Below, piece by piece: positions 18,688 to 27,572 of a DNA stretch of 64,000 bases (position 1 is the first letter of the stretch; each line of letters starts with the position of its first letter). The position numbers and the translations under genes are program-made. Origin of the DNA: an uncultured bacterium (GTDB taxonomy: Bacteria > Chloroflexota > UBA5177 > JANWHV01); assembly GCA_963827235.1 (NCBI GenBank), contig CAWHAE010000009.1:544001-608000 (forward strand). The letters run 5' to 3'. The notes below the pieces were generated by a model that was not told the origin of the DNA, did not search any database, and was given only the letters and a program-made list of their open reading frames with translations.

Positions 18688-20133
18688 GTGACTGAGCCCC
18701 TTTTTGCCGGCGTCGACCTCGGCACGGCGAGGGTGAAAGTAGGTATCTTCGACGCCGCGGGCAGGCAGCACGCACTGCGCATTCTGCCGCACGCGGGACT
18801 GCTGACGGCGGAGCGCGGCGAAGTCGTGCAAGATGCCGCGCTGTGGTGGCGCGCCGTCTGCAAGGCCTTGCGGGCGGTCTGCGCCGAGGTCGACCTGGCG
18901 GCGATCAAGGCAATCGCGGTCAGCGGGCAGGGCCCCACGCTGGTCACTACCGATGCCCGGCTCCATCCACGCGGCCCGGCGCTCACCTGGATGGACAAGG
19001 ATAGCGCGAGCGAGGAAGCCGCGCTGCTGGGCAAGCAAATCGGCCGCGCGGTCGACCCGGGCCATCTCATTGCCAAGGCGCTGTACCTCAATCGCGTCGA
19101 TCCGGACCCGCATCGCTGCTGGTATTTCCAAGCCTGGGACTATATCGGCGCGCGGCTGTGCGGGGTGCCGCATGCTTCGGCCGCCTGGTTTGACGACGAG
19201 CTGAGCGCCTCCGGATTGCCGCGCGATCAGTTCCCACCGTACGTGCCGCCGGGAAGCGTGATCGGCGCCGTGAGCGACGAAGCGTCGGACGTCTGCGGCA
19301 TGCCGCCGGGGATACCCGTGGTGTCGGGCACCAACGATAGCATTGCCTCCTGTATCGGCAGCGGCCTCACGGAGAGAGGCGATGCGGTGATTCTCGGCGG
19401 CACCTCGGGCGGCTTCGTGCTCTGCTGGGATTCGGTGCCGGGGGCCTGGGCGCCGCCGCCCAACACCTACCCGGAGCCGCCGGGGCGCCGCTATCTCGGC
19501 GCGACCATTTCGTCCAGCGGCCTGGCCCTGGATTGGCTGGCCTCGATCCTTGGCGCTCACGACCTGGAGACGCTGCTCGTGCATGCCGCGGACGTGCCCG
19601 CGGGGAGCGACGGTCTCCTGCTCCTGCCCTACATTGCCGGCCTCTTTCTGCCGTATACCACCGACGAGCGGGCGCCGCTCGCGGACCCCTGGGCCCGCGG
19701 CGTGTTCTTCGGCCTGCGGGCGGCCCACGGGAGATCGCACCTGGTGCGCGCGGTGCTGGAGGGAGTCGCCCTGGCCATACGCCAGGTACGCGACGTGACC
19801 GTCGCCCAGGGCGGAGAGTGCACGGCCACGCTGACCGTGGGCGGGCAGGCGCATAGCAGGCTCTGGAACGAGATCAAGGCAGCAGTGCTGGGCGTTCCCT
19901 TGCTGGTGCCCGAAGTGATCGAAGCCGGCGCCCTCGGCTCGGCCTGCCTGGCAGCCACGGGAAGCGGCTACTATCCCGACGTGTGGACGGCCGCGCGGCA
20001 CATGGTGCACGTGGCCGTCAGGCTGGAGCCCGACCCCACAATGCAGGAGCGGTACGATCGCCTCTACAGAGACGTCTTCCTACCCCTCTACCCGCGCGTG
20101 AGAGACCTATTCCCTCGCCATAGCGCTCTATAG
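18688..20133 (+). CDS. FGGY-family carbohydrate kinase (xylulokinase-like)
   Basis: GVDLGT, SGQG, WMD, GTND, GGTSG, ERAP, RAVLEGV, GGQA. Confidence 0.88.
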   Translation: MTEPLFAGVDLGTARVKVGIFDAAGRQHALRILPHAGLLTAERGEVVQDAALWWRAVCKALRAVCAEVDLAAIKAIAVSGQGPTLVTTDARLHPRGPALTWMDKDSASEEAALLGKQIGRAVDPGHLIAKALYLNRVDPDPHRCWYFQAWDYIGARLCGVPHASAAWFDDELSASGLPRDQFPPYVPPGSVIGAVSDEASDVCGMPPGIPVVSGTNDSIASCIGSGLTERGDAVILGGTSGGFVLCWDSVPGAWAPPPNTYPEPPGRRYLGATISSSGLALDWLASILGAHDLETLLVHAADVPAGSDGLLLLPYIAGLFLPYTTDERAPLADPWARGVFFGLRAAHGRSHLVRAVLEGVALAIRQVRDVTVAQGGECTATLTVGGQAHSRLWNEIKAAVLGVPLLVPEVIEAGALGSACLAATGSGYYPDVWTAARHMVHVAVRLEPDPTMQERYDRLYRDVFLPLYPRVRDLFPRHSAL

Positions 20134-20153
20134 AACAGAGACGGGCAACCGCG

Positions 20154-20765
20154 TCAGAAGATGCCCAGCCAGCGCCGGCGGCCGCGGCTTTGCTCAGCCT
20201 GGCTTGCCTGTTGCGCCTCGGCCATGTAGCGGGCAAGCGCTACGGCTTCCTCGTGCTGCTTGAGTGACTGCGCATGCATTTCCTCAATGCGGCACTGCAG
20301 CGTGTCGATACGCTGCTCAAGGTGAAGCACGCGCGACTCGCGTTCCTCCAGACGGGTGCGATACTGGTCGGCGAGATCGTGCCACTCGTCGGCCGCCTGG
20401 CTGAGCGGGGCCAGCAGTGCCTGGAGCTGGTCGCTGAGCACCAGCGACGTGCTCTGATCGTTCGCCACCATCAGCTCGTGGCTCAGGTCAGAGGTATCCT
20501 TCTTCTGCTCCACGGCGTGCGCGCCCTGCGCCAGCCGCTCCTTGATCTCGCTGTAGGGAAGGTGATTGACGCGAAGGTCCCGCACAGTGCGTAGCACCCG
20601 CATGTCGTCTTCGGTGAAGAATCGAGGCTTGCCCGGCTCAGGATTGGCGGAGCTACCGAGATACTCCTTGAACTCTTCAACCCAGCTTCGCAGAGTATTG
20701 CTGTTCTTGTCCTGCAAGCCAAGCTGTGCCGAGGCCTCGCCGATTCGATAAAGGACTGGCTCCAT
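20154..20765 (-). CDS. MerR-type HTH plus coiled-coil protein with basic-hydrophobic C-terminal tail (RacA-like architecture)
   Basis: YRIGEASAQLG..TLRSW..RFFTEDDMRVL HTH; heptad-rich C-terminal half; ends in RGRRRWLGIF. Confidence 0.75.
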   Translation of the reverse strand: MEPVLYRIGEASAQLGLQDKNSNTLRSWVEEFKEYLGSSANPEPGKPRFFTEDDMRVLRTVRDLRVNHLPYSEIKERLAQGAHAVEQKKDTSDLSHELMVANDQSTSLVLSDQLQALLAPLSQAADEWHDLADQYRTRLEERESRVLHLEQRIDTLQCRIEEMHAQSLKQHEEAVALARYMAEAQQASQAEQSRGRRRWLGIF

Positions 20766-20801
20766 GTGCCTGACTATCCCCTCGCTTCCTGTACCTCAGC
20801 G

Positions 20802-20810
20802 AGTATAGCA
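20802..20810 (-). promoter_or_regulatory. Extended -10 promoter (TGC-TATACT) of the MerR-HTH gene
   Basis: AGTATAGCA on plus = TGCTATACT on minus, about 37 nt upstream of the ATG. Confidence 0.55.
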
Positions 20811-21015
20811 TAGGCGGCTATAGGTAGGGGTAGAATGCCTACCCTAGGGTGCGCAGAGCTGCTCCACCAGCGGCTTGGCAGCGCCATGGGCCAAATACAG
20901 CCGGCCCAGCCCTCATGCTCCTGCGAGCCCGCGGCGCGGAGCATGCCAAGTCCACCCCTGAAAGGACCGTGGCGACTGCCCCGTGGCCGCGCGCCGGCAC
21001 GCGAAGGGGCGTATA

Positions 21016-21031
21016 CGTTTCACGTGGAACG
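21016..21031. promoter_or_regulatory. parS-like site
   Basis: CGTTTCACGTGGAACG matches the core of the parS consensus TGTTNCACGTGAAACA; intergenic; palindrome extends to TACGTTTCACGTGGAACGTA. Confidence 0.75.
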
Positions 21032-21131
21032 TAGAGCACCCCAGGAGGCGAGTCACGTTGTACTATTGGAGGTGACCAAGCGTCATGATATAGTTGATGC
21101 GATTCTCATGCACGTGGCAGAAGGAGGGCTC

Positions 21132-21590
21132 ATGGCTGCCCGTATCCTCGTGGTCGACGACGACGAGCTGATTTGCGATCTGGTAAGTGAGACCCTGAAC
21201 TTCGAGGGCTACGACGTCGAGGCCGCATACAGTGGCGAGCAAGCTCTCAAGCGGCTGGAGACGAGCAAGCCGGATCTGATACTGCTGGATATCATGATGT
21301 CCGGCATCGACGGCTTTGAAGTCTGCCGCAGGGTGCTGAACAACGAGGCGACCAGGTACATCCCAATCATCTTCCTGACTGCAAAGGGCCAGTTCGAGGA
21401 TGAGCTGCGTGGCTATGAAGAGGGCGCCTTCGACTACATTACGAAGCCGTTCCATCCCCTGAGCCTGGCACCGACCATCAGGGAGACACTGGAGGCGCAG
21501 GGACAAAGCGAGCTGGAAGGAAAGCGGCAGAACAGAATCGAGAAGTTGCGCAGCCTGCTCAATCTGCGAGGCAGCACCGAAGCCAGCTAG
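21132..21590 (+). CDS. Single-domain response regulator
   Basis: ILVVDDD, PDLILLDIMM, IIFLTA, DYITKPF; RBS AAGGAGG before ATG 21132. Confidence 0.92.
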   Translation: MAARILVVDDDELICDLVSETLNFEGYDVEAAYSGEQALKRLETSKPDLILLDIMMSGIDGFEVCRRVLNNEATRYIPIIFLTAKGQFEDELRGYEEGAFDYITKPFHPLSLAPTIRETLEAQGQSELEGKRQNRIEKLRSLLNLRGSTEAS

Positions 21591-21711
21591 ACCGCCGGTT
21601 TCGCATCGGCGGCGAGCCCGATCTGCCCTGCTGGGTACGGCTTGAGCGGAGTCCAGGAGAACGCCTTCAGTACACGGTGGTCCTTGCCGCCGCAGCGGGG
21701 AGTGGGGAAAC

Positions 21712-22992
21712 ATGGCCGCTATAGCGCCTGAAGAACTTCAGGAAATGATTCCGCCTCGTGTCAACTCGATCGAGGATACCGGGATCGACAGCAGCTTCAT
21801 CTCCGAATTGCTGCTCAAGCACATCTACTATGGCGGCGTTGTCGCCGGCGCGACCGTGGCCGCCAACATGTGCCTGCCCTTCTACCAGGTGGTCGAGACG
21901 CTGCTCGAGAGCCTCAAGACGCAGAACTACATCGAGGTACGCGGCAGCGCCGGCGTGCTCTCCACCACCTACCGCTACGCGCTGACCGATAAGGGACAGA
22001 ACAAGGTCAAGGAAGCGTTCGAGCGCAATACCTACGCCGGCCCGTGCCCTGTCACCCTGCAGGACTACACGTTCGCGGTGAAGCGGCAATCCATCCGCAA
22101 CGTGCTGATCACTCGCGAGCAGCTGGCGGTCGCGTTCAGCGGGCTGGTATTCAGCCAGGACACGCTCGATCAGATCGGCCCGGCAATCAACTCCGGCCGC
22201 TCCATCTTCCTTTTCGGCCCTCCCGGCAACGGGAAGACGACCATCGCCGAGGTGTCGGCTACGCTGCTCGGCGGCAACATCTACGTACCGTACGCGGTCC
22301 TGGTAGAGGGCCAGATCATCCGCGTATTCGACGAGGCGCACCACCATCGGGTAGGGGATACCGATCCGGAGCTGGTGGATCAGCGGTGGGTCTTCTCCCG
22401 GCGGCCCGTCGTGGTGGTGGGCGGCGAGCTCACGCTCAATGAGCTGGACCTGCAGCTATCCGAGGAAAGCAGGGTCTACGAAGCGCCTCTGCAGATGAAG
22501 GCGAATGCCGGCATGTTCTTGATCGACGACTTTGGGCGGCAGCAGATCTCTCCTCGCGCCCTGCTCAACCGGTGGATCATTCCGCTGGAGCGCCGCGTGG
22601 ACTACCTGACGCTGATCACTGGCAACAAGCTGCAGATCCCCTTCGACGAGCTGCTCATCTTCTCTACCAACCTGGACCCCAAGGACCTGATGGACGACGC
22701 GTTCCTGCGCCGCATTCGCTACAAGATCCACATCGTGCCGCCCACGATCGACGAGTTTCGCGAGATCTTCAAGCGCACCTGCGCGCAGCGCAGCATCGAG
22801 TACAACGAAGCGGCGCTCGGCTACATCTACAACGAATACTACGTGAAGCTCGGCATGCAGCTCCGGTCCTGCCATCCACGGGACCTGCTCGATCAGCTCA
22901 TGGACATCGCCCGCTACCTGCGCGTGAAGCCTATGCTGGCCAAAGAGCTTATCGACCTTGCCTGCAAGAGCTACTTCGTCAAGCTCGGATAG
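21712..22992 (+). CDS. AAA+ ATPase of unknown function
   Basis: Walker A GPPGNGKT, Walker B-like FLIDDFGRQ, STNL..DDAFLRRI. Confidence 0.85.
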   Translation: MAAIAPEELQEMIPPRVNSIEDTGIDSSFISELLLKHIYYGGVVAGATVAANMCLPFYQVVETLLESLKTQNYIEVRGSAGVLSTTYRYALTDKGQNKVKEAFERNTYAGPCPVTLQDYTFAVKRQSIRNVLITREQLAVAFSGLVFSQDTLDQIGPAINSGRSIFLFGPPGNGKTTIAEVSATLLGGNIYVPYAVLVEGQIIRVFDEAHHHRVGDTDPELVDQRWVFSRRPVVVVGGELTLNELDLQLSEESRVYEAPLQMKANAGMFLIDDFGRQQISPRALLNRWIIPLERRVDYLTLITGNKLQIPFDELLIFSTNLDPKDLMDDAFLRRIRYKIHIVPPTIDEFREIFKRTCAQRSIEYNEAALGYIYNEYYVKLGMQLRSCHPRDLLDQLMDIARYLRVKPMLAKELIDLACKSYFVKLG

Positions 22993-23036
22993 AGCATGGA
23001 GCAGCGCCTCTCGAGCGCTGCGGCCCGGCTGGTGTG

Positions 23037-24335
23037 CTACACGGTGGGAAGCCCCAGCCGCCGGTAGGCCTCGTCGATGTGCTCCAGGTGGTACTGCACG
23101 TCGAACAGCGCGTCGAGCTCCGGCTCATCCAGGTGCTCGGTAATCTCGGGGTCGTCCCGCAGCAGCTGGCGGAAGCTGAGCTCCTCGTCCCAGGCTCGTA
23201 AGGCGTGCCGCTGCACGAGCTTATAGGCCTCCTGCCGGCTCACGCCGTGCTCGATCAGGGCCAGCAGCACGCGCTGCGAGAAGATGAGCCCGCCCGACGA
23301 GTTCAGATTGTGCCGCATGCGCTCCGCGTCGACGCGCAACGCCGAGATCACACCGCGCAGCACATCCAGCATGTAGTCCGTGACCAGGCAGACATCCGGG
23401 AAGATCACTCGCTCGGCCGAGGAGTGACTGATATCGCGTTCGTGCCAGAGCGTCACGTTCTCCAGCGCCGTCAGGGCGTAACCGCGCACGAGCCGGGCCA
23501 TGCCGCTGACGCGCTCGCAGAGGATGGGGTTGCGCTTGTGGGGCATGGCCGACGATCCCTGCTGCCCCTCGGCGAACGGCTCGGCGGCCTCCCTGACCTC
23601 CGTGCGCTGCAGATGGCGGATCTCGGTAGCCATGTTGTCGAGCGCGGAGGCCAGCACCGCCAGCACGCAGAGGAAGTTGGCGTGACGATCCCGGCCCACG
23701 ATCTGGGTGCCTACCGGCAGCGTGCGCAGACCGAGGGCGGCCAGGGCCTGCTCCTCCACCGAGGGCGGCACGTTCGCGTGAGTACCCACGGCCCCGGCGA
23801 GCTTGCCCACTCGCAGCTCGTCGATCGCCGCCGAGAGCCGCTGCCTGGCATTGCGCAGCGCATCGACCCAGACGAGCAGCTTGAAGCCAAAGGTCGTCGG
23901 CTCCGCGTGGATGCCGTGCGTGCGCCCGATCATCACCGTGCGGCGATGCGCCAGCGCCTGCGTGGTGATCGCTTCCTCGAGCGCGTCGATATCCCGTGCG
24001 AGCAGCTCGCCCGCCTGCACGATCTGCAGGGCGAGCGCGGTATCTACCACGTCCGAGCTGGTCAAGCCGAGGTGGATGAAGCGCGCCTCGTCGCCGATGC
24101 TCTCGCCGACCGCGCGCAAAAAGGCGATCACGTCGTGCCCGGTCTCCTGCTCGATGGTGTGCATGCGCGCGAGATCGAGGCGAGCGCGCCGGATCTCCGG
24201 GAGGGCTTCCTCGGGAATGGCACCCTGCTCTGCCCATGCTTCGCAGACGGCGATTTCCACTCGCAGCCACTGGTCGTACTTTGCCTGCTCCGACCAGATT
24301 GCGGCCATCTCAGGGCGGCTGTAGCGCTCGATCAC
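23037..24335 (-). CDS. purB: Adenylosuccinate lyase
   Basis: MIERY, HLGLTSSD, GRTHGIHAEPTTFG, GSSAMPHKRNP, WHERDISHSS. Confidence 0.98.
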   Translation of the reverse strand: MIERYSRPEMAAIWSEQAKYDQWLRVEIAVCEAWAEQGAIPEEALPEIRRARLDLARMHTIEQETGHDVIAFLRAVGESIGDEARFIHLGLTSSDVVDTALALQIVQAGELLARDIDALEEAITTQALAHRRTVMIGRTHGIHAEPTTFGFKLLVWVDALRNARQRLSAAIDELRVGKLAGAVGTHANVPPSVEEQALAALGLRTLPVGTQIVGRDRHANFLCVLAVLASALDNMATEIRHLQRTEVREAAEPFAEGQQGSSAMPHKRNPILCERVSGMARLVRGYALTALENVTLWHERDISHSSAERVIFPDVCLVTDYMLDVLRGVISALRVDAERMRHNLNSSGGLIFSQRVLLALIEHGVSRQEAYKLVQRHALRAWDEELSFRQLLRDDPEITEHLDEPELDALFDVQYHLEHIDEAYRRLGLPTV

Positions 24336-24440
24336 GGTGGCTCCTCACGTAGTAGTGCGCGAAATACCTTCTATAACTTCACCATCGAGTGTAATACCAA
24401 TCTCCGACTCAGGCAGCACGATCCGTGTACGGCGCCACGC

Positions 24441-24469
24441 TTGACAGTCGCTCGGCAACAGTATAGGAT
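24441..24469 (+). promoter_or_regulatory. sigma70-type promoter
   Basis: TTGACA-N17-TAGGAT. Confidence 0.7.
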
Positions 24470-24509
24470 GACGTAGAGTAGTTTACATCGCAGACCAGTC
24501 TGCAGAGGA

Positions 24510-24641
24510 TTGCATGCACGTGTACCACTGATCATCCTGCCGCCCTTTGCTCTGCTCCTGGCCGCCGCCGGCATTCAGGAGCACCAGCAGTTTGGGCGGC
24601 TGGCCGACCAGTTGCGCGCACGCGGCGGAGTTGGGACATGA
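24510..24641 (+). CDS. Small (~43 aa) single-TM ORF or remnant, coupled to the downstream regulator
   Basis: VPLIILPPFALLLAAAGIQEHQQFGRL...; its TGA overlaps the ATG of the next gene (ATGA); start uncertain. Confidence 0.4.
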   Translation: MHARVPLIILPPFALLLAAAGIQEHQQFGRLADQLRARGGVGT

Positions 24642-25042
24642 GCGACGACGAGGCGTCCGGCGCCGAAGCCGCCGCGGCCACGGAGGGCCCGCTGCGCGAT
24701 CTGCTCGCGCTGGATCGCATCGTGCACGAGCCGGCGCGCCTGATCATCCTGGCCGTGCTGGCCAATGCCGAGGAGGTAGATTTCGCCTTTCTGCAGACGG
24801 CGAGCGGCCTCACCAAGGGCAATCTGAGCCGGCACGCCGCGAAGCTGGAGGAGGCCGGCTACATCGAGATCCGCAAGTACTTCAAGGGCAAGATTCCCGC
24901 TACGGGCTATCGCATCACGCCGCCCGGCAAGTCCGCCTTCGCTACGTATTGGGGGCAGATGCGCACCATCCAGCAGAGCGTGGCGCACGAGACGGCGCAA
25001 CCCGCCGCGCTGCCCCTGGCTGCCCCACTACCCGCGCATTGA
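24638..25042 (+). CDS. Winged-helix transcriptional regulator (HTH_34, ArsR/MarR-like)
   Basis: LDRIVHEPARL..DFAFL..LTKGNLSRH..LEEAGYI..T.Y.IT. Confidence 0.88.
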   Translation: MSDDEASGAEAAAATEGPLRDLLALDRIVHEPARLIILAVLANAEEVDFAFLQTASGLTKGNLSRHAAKLEEAGYIEIRKYFKGKIPATGYRITPPGKSAFATYWGQMRTIQQSVAHETAQPAALPLAAPLPAH

Positions 25043-25083
25043 GCTTCTCTTACCGCCTACCTCACTGCCAAAGGATACAGACG

Positions 25084-26595
25084 ATGAAGCTAGCTCCCCG
25101 CTATCGGCGTGCCGTGCGGCTCCTTGCCGCCGTGGTGCTGGTGTTCTCCGGCACGCTGGCCGGCCGCTCGGCGCAGGCGGCCGCGATCACACCCGAAGCT
25201 GCCCTGGTGCGCGTGCTCACCGTGACGCCGATACAGGCCGGCTGGTTTGCCCCTTCGTTCCTGGCGCAGGTAAGCCTGGCGCAGATACGGCAGGCCACGG
25301 CCAGTATTCTGACCGACCTGGGACCCTACAAGAGCGTGTCGGCGGAGACAAACGGCAGCTACCTTATCCGGTTCGCGCGCGGTACGGCGACCGCGCAGAT
25401 CCACCTGGACGGCGAGTCGCGTATCGATGAGCTGCTGATCAACAATATCCACCTGACCGGCGCGCCGCCCTCTACCGCGATCGGTCCGAAAGCGGCGCTG
25501 GCCCGCCTCTTCACCTCGGTGCTTATTCTGCCGACGTGGTTCGCGCCGGCGTTCCTGGCGCAAGCCAGCGTGGATCAGGTCAGGCAGGCGATTGCGCAGG
25601 TCGAGGCGGCCTACGGGCCATACCAGGGTATCGACTCCCTCACCGCGGGGGCCTATCGGGTCCGCTTCAAGTACGGCATCGCCACGGTAGCGCTGCATCT
25701 CGACGCCGCGCATCGTATCGACGGCCTTGTCTTCACCGGACTACAGTATTCTCCGCTCACGCGAGCGGCCGCCCTCGCGGCGTTTCAGCATCTGCCCGGG
25801 CACGTCAGCCTGCTGGCGCTGAAAAACGGCGGCGCGCAACTGGAGCTCAACGCCGATTCTCCGCTGGCGGTGGCCTCGGCGTTCAAGCTGGCGGTGATGG
25901 CGGCCCTGCAGCAGCAGGTGGCTGCCCATCGCCTGTCGTGGAACCAAAAGATCACCCTGCTGGCGAGCGACAAGAGCCTGCCGAGCGGCGTGCTGCAGAC
26001 GCATGCCACCGGCTCTACCTATACCCTCACCGAGGTAGCAGGCTACATGATCTCGATCAGCGACAATACGGCAGCCAACATGTTGATCCGCGTGGTTGGG
26101 CGGGCCGCGATCGATACGCTCATTCCCGTGGCCGATCAGCCGATTCTCACCACGCGTGAGGTCTTTATTCTCAAGGATCCGGCCAACAGCGCGCTGCGCA
26201 CGCGATACCTGGCCGCCGGGACCGCGGCAGCACGGCTGAAGCTGTTGCCGCAGGTTGACCGCCTGCCGCTGCCTCCGGTCACCATATTCGCCGGGGGGAA
26301 TCCGATCTCGCCGGCGATCGAGTGGTTTTTCAGCACCAGGCAGCTCTGCTCCCTGATCGGCAAGGTCGCCATGCTCCCCGAGCTGAGCATCAACCCGGGC
26401 GTGGCGACGCCGGGGGATTGGAAGCATATCGCCTACAAGGGCGGATCGGATAGGGGCGTCATCAACCTGACGACCGAGGTCACGGCGAAGAGCGGGGCGA
26501 CGTATTGCGTCTCGGCCACCTGGAACGACACCGCTGCCCTGAACGAGCCGTATTTCGAGGCACTCTATGCCAATATCCTGAAGTCGTTCCACTGA
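25084..26595 (+). CDS. Secreted class A beta-lactamase-like serine hydrolase with two N-terminal repeat domains (Cpe/ORF12-like)
   Basis: Signal peptide ending AQA; duplicated W-F-A-P-x-F-L-A-Q domain; SxxK (SAFK), SDN, KGG motifs. Confidence 0.82.
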   Translation: MKLAPRYRRAVRLLAAVVLVFSGTLAGRSAQAAAITPEAALVRVLTVTPIQAGWFAPSFLAQVSLAQIRQATASILTDLGPYKSVSAETNGSYLIRFARGTATAQIHLDGESRIDELLINNIHLTGAPPSTAIGPKAALARLFTSVLILPTWFAPAFLAQASVDQVRQAIAQVEAAYGPYQGIDSLTAGAYRVRFKYGIATVALHLDAAHRIDGLVFTGLQYSPLTRAAALAAFQHLPGHVSLLALKNGGAQLELNADSPLAVASAFKLAVMAALQQQVAAHRLSWNQKITLLASDKSLPSGVLQTHATGSTYTLTEVAGYMISISDNTAANMLIRVVGRAAIDTLIPVADQPILTTREVFILKDPANSALRTRYLAAGTAAARLKLLPQVDRLPLPPVTIFAGGNPISPAIEWFFSTRQLCSLIGKVAMLPELSINPGVATPGDWKHIAYKGGSDRGVINLTTEVTAKSGATYCVSATWNDTAALNEPYFEALYANILKSFH

Positions 26596-26687
26596 GCGCG
26601 GCGCCAGGGCGCGAACGGCAGGGCGCAACGGAAAGCCATGGAGGGCTGTTCCTGCCGCGAGAGCAGTCGCCGCGGCCTACCCCGCGT

Positions 26688-27572
26688 TCAGTCGGCCGGC
26701 TCGTCGTCCTCGCGGCTGCCTCGCAGGAATTCCTCGACCTCCGAGACGATAGACTCCGCGTTGGGAAGGCTCTCGGTGCGAGTCTCCTTGTCGTACCGGC
26801 GCTCGTACTCGTCGACCTGCTGCTGCAGCTCGGCGTCCGATTCCACCAGACGATCCAGCAGCGCGTCGACCTTGTCGGACTGCTCCCGCAGCTCCCGCAG
26901 ATCGATGTCCAGGTGCAACAGTCCAAGCACCGTCTCCAGGAGAGCCAGGGTCACGCGCGGGCTCCAGCCGATCTGCGCGTAGGCAGGCACGTGCCCCCAA
27001 AAGCTGGCGGCCGGCACGCGCTGGCCCCGGCAGGCCTGCAACAGGGCGGTATGCACGCTGCTTGGGCCCTCGTAGTGGATCAGCGCCAGGCCGAGGTGGG
27101 CGAGCGTGCGCTGCAGCCCTCCCTGAGCGACCGCCATGGAGACACGCGGGCGCCGCGTGTGCGGCACGCCATCGAACATGCTGCCGAAGCTGTAGACGGC
27201 CTCGACCTCGTACTGCCGCACCAGCTCCATGATCGCGGTCGTGTAGGCGGTCCAGCGAAGATCGGGCTCCGCGGCCTCCAGGAGGAGCAGATCCCTGCCG
27301 CCCTCCTGGGGATTGTGCCAGGCGTACAGCGTCGTGCCCGGATACTGCAGCGAGCGCAGCACGCCGCCCACCAGCACCACTCGCGGGCGCGTGCTTGCCA
27401 GGTCGTAGTAGTCGTCCGCGCGGATGCTGCCGATGCGTCCGGCATGCAACGTGTCGCGCAGGAACCCCACCACGCGGCTCGACGCCTCCATGGCGTCGCA
27501 CCAGCCGGTGAAGCTCGCCAGCAGGACGGGTCGTTTGACCGACGGCTCGAGGTCCAGAATGAGATCGCTCAT
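26688..27572 (-). CDS. PAC2 family protein
   Basis: FTGWCDA, DDYYDL..RP, EPDLRW, VPHTR, YEGP, W.HVPAY; ATG overlaps the ispG stop. Confidence 0.85.
   Translation of the reverse strand: MSDLILDLEPSVKRPVLLASFTGWCDAMEASSRVVGFLRDTLHAGRIGSIRADDYYDLASTRPRVVLVGGVLRSLQYPGTTLYAWHNPQEGGRDLLLLEAAEPDLRWTAYTTAIMELVRQYEVEAVYSFGSMFDGVPHTRRPRVSMAVAQGGLQRTLAHLGLALIHYEGPSSVHTALLQACRGQRVPAASFWGHVPAYAQIGWSPRVTLALLETVLGLLHLDIDLRELREQSDKVDALLDRLVESDAELQQQVDEYERRYDKETRTESLPNAESIVSEVEEFLRGSREDDEPAD

Noticed and set aside
20835-21131. N-terminal extension of the response regulator
   Set aside because: Strong RBS before ATG 21132; the upstream region is intergenic and holds the parS-like site
24547-25083. 682-aa version of the serine hydrolase overlapping the regulator
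   Set aside because: Signal peptide and RBS place the start at 25084; the upstream part is an alternate frame of the wHTH gene
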